Origin: a virus
Taxonomy: Duplodnaviria; Caudoviricetes
DNA length: 44,669 nt
Strand: one strand, 5' to 3'
Virus record (IMG/VR): IMGVR_UViG_3300037467_001233
Coordinates: 1 to 44,669 of that record
Shown here: piece by piece, positions 33,107-42,327 of the stretch
How positions within the stretch are numbered: position 1 is the first letter of the stretch
How the letters are laid out: every line of letters starts with the position of its first letter
The notes under the pieces: model-generated
Database searches by the model: none
Told to the model about the DNA's origin: nothing
What the model saw: the letters and a program-made list of their open reading frames with translations, nothing else
Translations under genes and position numbers: made by a program

Positions 33107-35920
33107 ATGTCAGGTCTAGGCGATCTCAACTATCTCCCACAATCAAACGGAGATGGAAACGAACCCACGTATCGCATGTCGATGCTGCCGTTCGGAACCT
33201 ACAGGAACTCAGATGGAACAGAATCCTTGGGTCTTGCACTCCCTGCGATGATCCATCAACCGCTGATGGCGGTCGAGAGATTATTTGGCTCTGGCAACTT
33301 CGCCAAAGGCCCAGACTATCCCGGCAATGCCGATGATATGCGAACCCTCCTGTTTTCGATGTACGGAGGGAATGCGCTAAATCCCCGGAGTTTGCTGGAA
33401 GAGGCGGCGGCAAGCGCGGGTCCGGCTGCTGGGCGCGTCGCGAGCAACGGTTTGCGCCCTGGCCTTACGGTAACGCGCACCGCGCCGCCGGGCGTGCCGA
33501 GCGCGTGGCATGATATTGCGCTGGACGGCGATCGAATTGGCCGCGCGTACGTTCGCGAATATCCGAACACGATCCAAAACAGCAATTTCACGATAGAGCC
33601 GGAATTTCAGAGGCAGGGCATCGGCACGGAAGTTCAAGCCGAGTTGGCGCGAATGTACGGTAAGCCTACCGTCCCGGATTCAACGCTGTCAGAAGCCGGA
33701 TATCAGAGATGGCTAAAGAACGATCCGGCCGCAGTGGCGGATTATAGGCCAATGTCCGAAGGCGCGAATTCATATTCGCCAGCGCCGCTGACCGACGCCT
33801 ATTTCGCATCTATGGGCGGCCCGCCCGTTCCCGGCAGCCGCGCTGCGGCGGGCGAGCTATTCTCCGACACAGGTAAGCCTTCTCTCTTCGGGAGCGCTTC
33901 TTATCAAAATCAAGACCCTCAAAATTCCTACGCATCAGGAGGCAACGTGGCTGACACGTCAGGTCTTTCCGGATTGACCAGATTACCGGATTACGGCTTT
34001 GGACCAATGACGCCGACAACGATGGCGGGATATCCGAATGGGTTCATCTCAAGTCGCGAACCTGATCCGTCATGGGGCGATCTTGCGTTGTCCGCCGCGG
34101 AATTTCCGGCACGCGCAACGGTCAATCAGTTTGACGCCGCAGGAACTGGAATTGCTGACGCTCTGAATGATCCGTCGCTTCCAAACATCACCAATGCCGG
34201 AGTTCAGACCGGACTAGCGCTGATGTCTCCGGAACTGACCGTTGGTTCAGGCCTCGGAGGCTTGGGTCTCGCAGCGCTCCGGGATGCAGATATTGTTCCT
34301 TCTGCGGAAGCACGTCGCTTGAGACGACCGCCACCGGCTCAAGCTGCACCTGTTCCGTTAGCGCCACCACCGGTCGACCCGGTTCTCGACAAGATCAAAG
34401 ACGACTCGTCGCTTCTTGCGCTCTACCAGCAGATCAAACAAACCCAGCACGACGCTACTCGGATGGATTATCCAGGCGACGGAAGCGCTATTCGATCGGA
34501 CGCGGCCAAACGCCTTCAGGCCCTGCAGAACCAGTTCGCGGATGCACTGGCCAAACGTGATGCGGCCAAGCAGTCGATCTACAACCAGCAGGTCCAGGAC
34601 GCGGTTGCCTCGCGAGATACAGAACTCGGACGGGATCGCCGGTTTTCAGATACTGAAGTCGGGAAGGTCTACGACAAGCTTGGCGGTTATGCGCCGCTCG
34701 TCGCAGGATTCGTTCCGGGCGTCGTTTCAAGGCTCGCATATGGGCCTGCCGAAAATATTGGGAGCAAGGTTCTGCGGGGATTAACCGGCGCCACATTCGG
34801 CGTCGGCGCAAACAACGTTCCGCTGGTCTACAACGCCTTTTCTACGGAAGTTGATAATCCGGAACAGCGAGCGTACCAGGAATACGCCTACAACCTGCCT
34901 GACGGACATCCGGATAAAGCTAAAGCACAGGCGATGGCCGATAGTCTGCCGAAGCTCAATCAGTTGAGAGTGCAGGCTGGGGAAGAACTCTACGACCCAG
35001 AGAAATTCAAAGAGCGTGCACTCATGGGCGCTCTTGAAGGATTTGGCGGTAACGAACTCGGGCAGATGGCTCCTGGAGCCGTTGGCGGCTTCGGTCGAAT
35101 ATCCAGCGTCCAACTTCCGGAGAAGGCGCTTTTAACAAATCGCGAACGGATTGGCCTTGGCGGTCTCAGTCCAGAAGTCCGTGCGCAGCAAGAAGCTGCT
35201 GCAAAGCTGCTCGCCGATAAGCAAGCCGCTGCGTCCCTGTCATCTGGTCCAGTCGGTCCCGTTTCCGAACAAAGTCTGCCCGTGCTTGGAGGTGCTTCAG
35301 ATATACCGCCCGCTGCTCCTCCAAAGAAGGCGCAGGGCGGCGGCCGCCGTAGTAAATCGGCCGGTACCAAAGGTTCTTCAAAACCTGCGCCACTTCTGTC
35401 AAACGCACCATTGGCAAGCCCTCCAGCCGCGCCTGAAACTCAGTCAGCAGCCGGAGAAGAACTTAAGCGATTTTTCGGAGCGAAACAAGCACCGGACCTT
35501 CGTAATCTAAAAGCTACAGGTGGATCTGTGGACGGGAAGGGTGAGGGAGGAAAAGCCTTCTCTGGCCCGCTTCACAGCGACGTCGCGGGCCGTACTGATC
35601 ATCTTCCTATCGATGTGACGGCGGGGAGCTACGTGATTCCTGCGGACGTTGTCAGCGCACTTGGCGAAGGCAACACCAACGGCGGCGTAAAAGTCCTGCA
35701 GCACATGTTTCCCGATCAGCCGAAAAGCCTCCATTATGCCTCGGGCGGCGTCGTCCCGATCATGGCCGCAGGCGGCGAGCATGTTCTTAGCCCTGAACAA
35801 GTCGCAGCGGTTGGTGGCGGCGATCTCAGCCACGGCCACGCGATCCTAGACGCGTTCGTGAAGAACACGCGCAACGACACCATAAAGACTCTCAAGTCCC
35901 TTCCAGGGCCACAGAAGTAG
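33107..35920 (+). CDS. Large multidomain internal virion (ejection) protein with a GNAT-like module and a C-terminal G(E/S)(Y/H)V domain
   Basis: IEPEFQRQGIG GNAT motif A; YASGG motifs; C-terminal GRTDHLPI...GSYVIPADVV and GGEHVLSPEQV. Confidence 0.7.
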   Translation: MSGLGDLNYLPQSNGDGNEPTYRMSMLPFGTYRNSDGTESLGLALPAMIHQPLMAVERLFGSGNFAKGPDYPGNADDMRTLLFSMYGGNALNPRSLLEEAAASAGPAAGRVASNGLRPGLTVTRTAPPGVPSAWHDIALDGDRIGRAYVREYPNTIQNSNFTIEPEFQRQGIGTEVQAELARMYGKPTVPDSTLSEAGYQRWLKNDPAAVADYRPMSEGANSYSPAPLTDAYFASMGGPPVPGSRAAAGELFSDTGKPSLFGSASYQNQDPQNSYASGGNVADTSGLSGLTRLPDYGFGPMTPTTMAGYPNGFISSREPDPSWGDLALSAAEFPARATVNQFDAAGTGIADALNDPSLPNITNAGVQTGLALMSPELTVGSGLGGLGLAALRDADIVPSAEARRLRRPPPAQAAPVPLAPPPVDPVLDKIKDDSSLLALYQQIKQTQHDATRMDYPGDGSAIRSDAAKRLQALQNQFADALAKRDAAKQSIYNQQVQDAVASRDTELGRDRRFSDTEVGKVYDKLGGYAPLVAGFVPGVVSRLAYGPAENIGSKVLRGLTGATFGVGANNVPLVYNAFSTEVDNPEQRAYQEYAYNLPDGHPDKAKAQAMADSLPKLNQLRVQAGEELYDPEKFKERALMGALEGFGGNELGQMAPGAVGGFGRISSVQLPEKALLTNRERIGLGGLSPEVRAQQEAAAKLLADKQAAASLSSGPVGPVSEQSLPVLGGASDIPPAAPPKKAQGGGRRSKSAGTKGSSKPAPLLSNAPLASPPAAPETQSAAGEELKRFFGAKQAPDLRNLKATGGSVDGKGEGGKAFSGPLHSDVAGRTDHLPIDVTAGSYVIPADVVSALGEGNTNGGVKVLQHMFPDQPKSLHYASGGVVPIMAAGGEHVLSPEQVAAVGGGDLSHGHAILDAFVKNTRNDTIKTLKSLPGPQK

Positions 35921-36541
35921 TCATTCTTCCCGGACGTATTCTCCGAACAATTGGACCGCCGTCTTTTCTCTAACGCTAATAGCGTCATTAATGTCATGGA
36001 AATAGCCGAGGTTTTTAAGTTTGCCTTCGACGTAAATGTACGCATGCCACTTTTTACAAACTTTGGACCATGACACTCCTTTGTGGCCAGACGTGTTGTC
36101 TGATCTCCGTTTTGCGTTCCTCTGGTTCTGCGAATTTGTGACCTCTCGGATCTTTCTATTGTCACTTGGATCACCGTCGATGTGGTCGACTTGTCCGGTG
36201 GGCCATTCGCCGTGTTCGTATAGCCATATGACTCTCGACACCCAATATTCGGTACCTCTGATCGTTATCGCCCATCGGTTTTTACTTCTGTCCAAATAAC
36301 CTGCTTGTTCCCCGCTTTTTGCGGGACCGGACGTCGGCGATTTGCGCCAATAGAGAACTTTCGTTTCCGGACAAAGACGGAAAAGCGACCGAACTTCTTC
36401 GGCCGTAAGGGGTGCCGCGTTCTTAGCGACTGTAGCCGCTTTTCTGCATGTCACGGAGCAATATCGAATTGGACTTAGCTTCAGAGAAGACGGGGGTCGA
36501 TGAAAAATCGAGCCGCAGTATTCGCACGTCTTTTCAATCAT
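35921..36541 (-). CDS. HNH homing endonuclease (N-terminal Cys-rich finger, AP2 domain) in reverse orientation
   Basis: CEYCG...YCSVTC; VDHIDGDPSDNR; GHKGVSW...LGYF; ATG at 36541 with GAGGGG RBS. Confidence 0.9.
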   Translation of the reverse strand: MIEKTCEYCGSIFHRPPSSLKLSPIRYCSVTCRKAATVAKNAAPLTAEEVRSLFRLCPETKVLYWRKSPTSGPAKSGEQAGYLDRSKNRWAITIRGTEYWVSRVIWLYEHGEWPTGQVDHIDGDPSDNRKIREVTNSQNQRNAKRRSDNTSGHKGVSWSKVCKKWHAYIYVEGKLKNLGYFHDINDAISVREKTAVQLFGEYVREE

Positions 36542-36595
36542 AGATCCCCTCAAATCAAAGAGGGGAAATATATCACAAATAGGAATCCCGAACAA

Positions 36596-37099
36596 ATGAT
36601 CACTGGTGGTGACCACACACGAGTTCGTGTTGCGACTGAACAAGACGCGGCCGAAGTCATGGCTATGGCAAAAGAGATTCACGGCGAAAATGGCGTGTTC
36701 CGTCTTTCCGAAAGAAAGGTCCGGGCATTGCTGGATGGCGCTCTTTTTGGCCCCGTGGAATCACGTCGTGGCATTTGCGGGGTCATTGGCGATACGGGCT
36801 CAATTGAAAGTTCGATATTCCTCGAGTTTGGCGAACCTTATTACTCGGAAGATATTGGGGTTTTTGAATTGTGGAACTTCGTGCGGCCTGAATATCGGCG
36901 CTCGCACAACTGCAACGATCAAATCGCGTGGGCGAGATATATTCGAGAGCAATTCGATTTGCCTCTGGTAATAGGATGTCTCTCCAATCAACGAACTCAA
37001 GCAAAAATTCGGTTGTACTCTCGACAGTTAGGGCCCCCAGCAGGGGCCTTTTTTATTGAAGGTGCGGTAACCGGCCGAGGAAAAATCAATGTGCAGTAG
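36596..37099 (+). CDS. GNAT-fold tail or internal virion protein
   Basis: VRVATEQD...ELWNFVRPEYRRS; sits among ejection genes as in other podoviruses. Confidence 0.7.
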   Translation: MITGGDHTRVRVATEQDAAEVMAMAKEIHGENGVFRLSERKVRALLDGALFGPVESRRGICGVIGDTGSIESSIFLEFGEPYYSEDIGVFELWNFVRPEYRRSHNCNDQIAWARYIREQFDLPLVIGCLSNQRTQAKIRLYSRQLGPPAGAFFIEGAVTGRGKINVQ

Positions 37100-40073
37100 C
37101 GGCTCTAAGACCAAGACCTCGACGTCATCGACGTCCGCTCTCCCTCAATACTCGCAGGCTTATAGCCAGCTTCTCGATCAGGCGAAGGGCGTCGCTTCGA
37201 CACCTTGGAACCCCGCAACGGGTCAACAGGTGGCAGGCTTTACGTCGCCTCAAACCCAAGCCTTTGGCGCCACACAGTCAAACCTTGGCTCATATCTTCC
37301 TGCGCTAACCGCTGCAAACTCCAATGCCGCAACGGGATCAGCGCCTGTCTCCGCATCGTCCATCCAGAGTTACATCAATCCCTACACGCAGGATGTCGTC
37401 AACGCGACCGAGGCGCAATTTGCAAACCAGAATGCGCAGCAGTTGCAGGACGTCAACGCGAATGCTGCAAAGATTGGAGCATTGACGGGAGATCGGTCAC
37501 AGGTCGCGCGCTCGATTACCCAGAACCAACAGAACCTCGCGCAGAACCCGGTCATCGCCGGTCTTTATCAGTCTGGATTTAATACCGCACTTGGCGCGGC
37601 TCAGCAGGACCAGAACCGAGCGCTTACAGGTGCGCAAATCCAGGGGAGTCTCGCCGGACAAGCGCAGCAGTACGGTGCAAACGACATTGCATCTCTGCTC
37701 GGGATTGGCGGGTTGCAGCAGACCCAGCAGCAGAACGTGCTCAACGCCAACACGGCAAATGCCCAAGCCCAAGCGCAGTATCCGTTTGCGACAACGCAAT
37801 GGCTTTCGTCTCTTGAAACGGGATTGGGGGGTGCCGCGGGTTCGCAGGGATCTCAGACGACACCGGGTCCGAATTTGTTCTCGCAGCTTGCGGGTCTTGG
37901 TCTTGGAGCAGCAAGTCTATTCAAGCGCGGCGGTCGTGTCGGCTACGATACGGGCGGCACGGTTCTCCCTTACCCCTCAGCGCCATCCTATGTTCCGTCA
38001 TCGGGCATCATGCATGGCGGCATCAATCATCAGGGTTCGATGCCAAGCCTCGCCGATAACACACAGTCAGGTGGTATGGCCGATGTCCTGAACAACTTCA
38101 AACAGGCCCATTCCGCGTTTCAGGGCTTAGGGAATCTGGGGTCCAAAGCATTCAACTGGGCGAACACGACCACGGATCCAAACTCCGGATGGTCCACGAC
38201 GACAACCCCGAGCGGTCTTTCTGGAATCGGCAACTATGTCGGCAACATGTTCGGCTTTGCAGAAGGGGGCACCGTTCGACGTGGATTTCAGGACGGCGGC
38301 GATGTCACCGACCTCGTAGACGATGGAACCGGAACTTTTGCACCCGGTGGTCTGATGAATGCTGGCGTAGGCCTCAGCCGGTTTGCACAGAACGATGACG
38401 TTCCGTTTGCACCTCGAAACCAGCCGAGTCCTATAGGGACCGAGAATAGCTCGTGGGCGACGTCCGTGGTTCCGGCTAACGATCTAACGACCCCATCGTA
38501 TTTGGGCGCCAGCGACGTTTCTGCGCCAACCGTGGCCCCGTCCGCAACCTCTACTGCGGCACCCATCGCGACACCCTACGAACTCCCAACGACAAAGGGA
38601 TTGTTTGGTCTGCAACTCTCCGATCCTGCACGTCAGGGACTCTTGGCTGCAGGTCTCGGCATAATGGCCTCACAATCGCCGTGGGTTGGAACCGCAATAG
38701 GCGAAGGCGGATTGGCCGGCATCAAGACCTATGACCAGACCAAACAGCAGGCAGTGGAGAACACGCAAGCCAAGCAGAAGATCGACATGGAGGCGCAACG
38801 GCTCGCACAGGCAGCGAAGGAAGCGGCAGAGCGCCTGAAATACGAAGGCCAAAGAACGCAGTTCGAAGGGCAGAGAACCGCCTCGGATATTGCTTTGCAG
38901 GGCACACAGCGCGCCAGCCTGCAGCAATCCCTTGCGCAGAAGCAGGCTCTGATCGCGGCCATGAAGAACGATCCGAGCTTTATCGATCAGTTCAAGGGTA
39001 CGCCTTACGAAGGCATGGCCCGAGCCGCAGCCGCAGGAGGCGATTTCGAAACCTTGGCCAACCTGGTCGAGAAAATGCAGCCGAAGGTTTCTGGTACGAT
39101 GTTTGTGAACCCGGCTGCTGGCGTCGCGACAGATACGCTGAGCGGAACGTCCTATGATATGCGGACAGGGCAGATGCTGCCGCCCAAAGTCGAGAGCGCG
39201 CCAACGGGCGCAAATGGACAGCCAGCGGCAAAATTTGATCCGACACAGTACGGGCTTCCGGCCAATGCAAAGGTGACCGACTTCTTCACGTCCCTGCCGG
39301 ATGCCTATCGTCGAAAACTCGCCAACATCTATACAGGGCAGGATACGCTTGCCGGTTCGTCCCGAGGTAACGCCGCAACCTTGATGCGGATGCAAATGGA
39401 CGTACAGCGAGCGTTCCCGGATTATCAACCCGTGGATGCGCAAAACCGGGCCACGATCGTTCACAGCCTGGCAGATACCAAGAGTCCGACGAGCCTCTAT
39501 AACCAGAGGAAGACGCTTGGCACGTTTGCCGAGCATCTTGCGGCAGACGATGGCGCGCTTAACGCGGCCAAGGCGCTTCCGAATGGAACGGTCCTCGCGT
39601 GGAACGCCGCTCGAAACGAGTTCAACAACCAGACGGGCGATCCACGTCTTACCGCCCTCAACACGCGATTACACTTCTTGCAGGGCGAACTTGGCAAGAT
39701 GGTCACCAATAACGTTTTGACCGATCGCGAAGCACAAGCGTTGGAAGGCCAAGTTTCTTCTGCCAGTTCGCCAGCCCAGCTCCGTGCCGCTTTCGATGCC
39801 TACTATGCGCTCATCAAAGGCCGTGTGCAGTCGGTGGACAATGCCACGCAATCCGCGATGGGATCGGTCTACGATCCGAACAAGCATAGTGTCGAGACGC
39901 CCCAAACACGCGCACTTTTCCAGAAATTTGCGGCCGATCCGTGGGGGCACGCTGGGCCTCCCCCCGCGGCTATCCAAATGCTCAGGGCGAACCCGGATGC
40001 GGTTCACCGAGCGTCCTTCGACAAGCATTTTGGAGCCGGATCTGCTGATAAAATCTTGTCAGGAGCGCAATAA
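37089..40073 (+). CDS. DNA ejection / internal virion protein
   Basis: 994 aa, Gln/Ala/Gly-rich; VAGFT..Q..AF, YINPY...VV; four GGxV motifs. Confidence 0.75.
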   Translation: MCSSGSKTKTSTSSTSALPQYSQAYSQLLDQAKGVASTPWNPATGQQVAGFTSPQTQAFGATQSNLGSYLPALTAANSNAATGSAPVSASSIQSYINPYTQDVVNATEAQFANQNAQQLQDVNANAAKIGALTGDRSQVARSITQNQQNLAQNPVIAGLYQSGFNTALGAAQQDQNRALTGAQIQGSLAGQAQQYGANDIASLLGIGGLQQTQQQNVLNANTANAQAQAQYPFATTQWLSSLETGLGGAAGSQGSQTTPGPNLFSQLAGLGLGAASLFKRGGRVGYDTGGTVLPYPSAPSYVPSSGIMHGGINHQGSMPSLADNTQSGGMADVLNNFKQAHSAFQGLGNLGSKAFNWANTTTDPNSGWSTTTTPSGLSGIGNYVGNMFGFAEGGTVRRGFQDGGDVTDLVDDGTGTFAPGGLMNAGVGLSRFAQNDDVPFAPRNQPSPIGTENSSWATSVVPANDLTTPSYLGASDVSAPTVAPSATSTAAPIATPYELPTTKGLFGLQLSDPARQGLLAAGLGIMASQSPWVGTAIGEGGLAGIKTYDQTKQQAVENTQAKQKIDMEAQRLAQAAKEAAERLKYEGQRTQFEGQRTASDIALQGTQRASLQQSLAQKQALIAAMKNDPSFIDQFKGTPYEGMARAAAAGGDFETLANLVEKMQPKVSGTMFVNPAAGVATDTLSGTSYDMRTGQMLPPKVESAPTGANGQPAAKFDPTQYGLPANAKVTDFFTSLPDAYRRKLANIYTGQDTLAGSSRGNAATLMRMQMDVQRAFPDYQPVDAQNRATIVHSLADTKSPTSLYNQRKTLGTFAEHLAADDGALNAAKALPNGTVLAWNAARNEFNNQTGDPRLTALNTRLHFLQGELGKMVTNNVLTDREAQALEGQVSSASSPAQLRAAFDAYYALIKGRVQSVDNATQSAMGSVYDPNKHSVETPQTRALFQKFAADPWGHAGPPPAAIQMLRANPDAVHRASFDKHFGAGSADKILSGAQ

Positions 40074-42167
40074 ATGGCGGATAATAGCGATCCGTTCGCC
40101 CAATTCGCGAGCGCGCCTCAAGACGATCCGAACGACCCGTTTGCAAAATTCTCGACAGGAACTTCTGTTCAGCCAGACGTAGGCGGTCTTGAATCCGCTG
40201 TGCGCGGTGCAGGACAGGGATTATCATTCGGATTTGCCGACGAGGCAGAAGCGGCTGCCCGAGCCGCCTATTACCGTGCTATGGGAGACAAGAGAAACTA
40301 CGGCGATATTTATGACCAAGAACTCAATAACGCCCGTGCCCGTAACACCGCAGCGTCAAGTCAGCATCCGTGGTGGTACTACGGAGGTGAAGCCGCAGGA
40401 ACAGTTGCCGTCCCAGGTGGCCTCGAACGGGCGGGACTGGAGTCTGCCACCAGTGCCGCAATCCGCGCTGGCGAACCTCTTGCACGCGTTGCTCGCGCCG
40501 GTGCCAAAGAGGGAGCGCTTTATGGTGGACTCTATGGCACCGGAACCAGCGAAGGTGGCGTCGAAAACCGCGTTGCAGGCGGTCTTGGAGGGGCTGCGAT
40601 CGGTGCTGGAGCGGGGGCTGTCGCACCGGTTCTCATCGACGCCGGAACTGCCGCCGTCAACGATTACGTCGTCCCTCAGATCAATTCCGTCCGACGCCCA
40701 GCCTATGAAGCGGCTCGACGGATCGTCAACGCGCAAGACAGCGACGTTGCAGCGTCCCGTGCAGCAGATGCAGCTTACGGCCAACCCGCCTCCGCACAAA
40801 GACAGCTAGACGCGCAAACGCTCGTCGCCCAAGGCAACGCAGGTGGAGAGCTTCGCAACATTGACAACCCGGATCTTGGGTTCTCGAATGCCAATCTGAC
40901 GGCGCTTGCACGTTCAGCGGCCAATCAATCACCGGATGCGCGCGATGTCCTAAACCGCATGGTCAATGACCGCTTTTCGGGACAGGCGGATCGCGTTTCC
41001 AATTTCGTTCGTAATCTCGTCGGAACGCCTGGCAACGCCGCGGAGTCGCGGGAAGCGCTTTTAACTGCGGCGCGACAGGCCAACAGACCTCTTTATCAAG
41101 CGGCTTATGACGCAGGCGACCGTCCGCTTTGGACGCCAAAATTGCAGCAGCTTTCTGGTTCGCCCGCGTTCAAAACGGCCATGAAGGACGCAATCTCAAG
41201 CGGTCAGGATCGCGCCATTGCCGAGGGGTTCGGAGCCTTCAATCCTGGCGTCAATATCGATGACAGCGGCATCATCAGTTTTACCAAGGGTCCGAATGGT
41301 GTGCCGGCCTATCCCAACCTACAGTATTGGGATTCCGTAAAGCAGTCTCTGGACGATATGGCGTCCTCAGCCAATCGATCGGGCGACAATGGAAAGGCGT
41401 CAGTGTACGGCACACTAGCTTCTGATCTTCGCAATCATCTCGATACGATGGTTCCGCAATATCAGCAGGCGCGCGGGGTTGCGGCAACGTTCTTTAAAGC
41501 TAATGATGCGATTGACGCTGGCGAGAAATTCGCCACGCAGAATTTCGCCAATAACGCGGCGCAGCGGGCCGTTAATCAAATGACGCCGCAGGAACTTCAG
41601 GCGTTCCAAGAAGGTTTTGTAAGCCGTTACCTCGATAAGATCGAATCGACGGGGGATCGTCAGAACATCGTAGGTCGCTTGGCAAACAGTCCCGCAGAAC
41701 GCCAGAAACTTGAAATCGCATTGGGGCCGCAGAATGCACGCCAGTTGGAAGCGTATCTTCATCTTGAAAACATCATGGATCAGCCGCGCCTAGCGATGGG
41801 CAATTCAACGACCGCGCGGCAGATTGTCGAACTTGGATTAGCGACCGGGGCCGGGACGCTCAACGCTCACGGGAATCCATTCGCTGACCCGCAAGGATTC
41901 CTGACCGGTGCGCTGACGACCTACGGAGCGGCGCGAGGTGCGAATGCGGTCAACCAAAGGCTCGCGCGAACCATTGCGGAGATGCTGGTCTCTCGTGATC
42001 CTGCGGTGGTTCAAAATGCACTCAGTCAGGTCGCACATACGCCCGCATTGCTGCAAGGGCTCCGCAGAGCATCGTCGCGTATTTCGGGGCGGGCTCTCCC
42101 CGGCGCGGCGGCTGGTACCGTCGCTGCACAAACAAGCCTCCCGCAGCTTTCGTCACAAGGTCAGTGA
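40074..42167 (+). CDS. DNA ejection / internal virion protein
   Basis: DPFAQF repeats, RGAGQGLSFGFADE, Gly/Ala-rich hydrophobic segment. Confidence 0.75.
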   Translation: MADNSDPFAQFASAPQDDPNDPFAKFSTGTSVQPDVGGLESAVRGAGQGLSFGFADEAEAAARAAYYRAMGDKRNYGDIYDQELNNARARNTAASSQHPWWYYGGEAAGTVAVPGGLERAGLESATSAAIRAGEPLARVARAGAKEGALYGGLYGTGTSEGGVENRVAGGLGGAAIGAGAGAVAPVLIDAGTAAVNDYVVPQINSVRRPAYEAARRIVNAQDSDVAASRAADAAYGQPASAQRQLDAQTLVAQGNAGGELRNIDNPDLGFSNANLTALARSAANQSPDARDVLNRMVNDRFSGQADRVSNFVRNLVGTPGNAAESREALLTAARQANRPLYQAAYDAGDRPLWTPKLQQLSGSPAFKTAMKDAISSGQDRAIAEGFGAFNPGVNIDDSGIISFTKGPNGVPAYPNLQYWDSVKQSLDDMASSANRSGDNGKASVYGTLASDLRNHLDTMVPQYQQARGVAATFFKANDAIDAGEKFATQNFANNAAQRAVNQMTPQELQAFQEGFVSRYLDKIESTGDRQNIVGRLANSPAERQKLEIALGPQNARQLEAYLHLENIMDQPRLAMGNSTTARQIVELGLATGAGTLNAHGNPFADPQGFLTGALTTYGAARGANAVNQRLARTIAEMLVSRDPAVVQNALSQVAHTPALLQGLRRASSRISGRALPGAAAGTVAAQTSLPQLSSQGQ

Positions 42168-42256
42168 ATGAGCCAGTGATAGGCTTGAAAAAGCGCTGAC
42201 CCAACGAATGCGCCGATAATAACCGCTGCAAGCTTGTCAGATAAAGACGGCTCCAT
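42161..42256 (-). CDS. 31-aa single-pass membrane peptide (moron candidate, not in ORF track)
   Basis: MEPSLSDKLAAVIIGAFVGSALFQAYHWLIH; GGGGG 6 nt upstream of the ATG. Confidence 0.55.
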   Translation of the reverse strand: MEPSLSDKLAAVIIGAFVGSALFQAYHWLIH

Positions 42257-42279
42257 TTGAGGCCCCCAACGTTACCGCA

Positions 42280-42309
42280 AGGTCAGCCTAACCGCTGGCC
42301 TTTCTTTTT
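42280..42309 (+). terminator. Intrinsic terminator after the ejection genes
   Basis: AGGTCAGC-CTAACC-GCTGGCCT followed by TTCTTTTT. Confidence 0.7.
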
Positions 42310-42327
42310 GGAAGAGAGAGATCAGAA

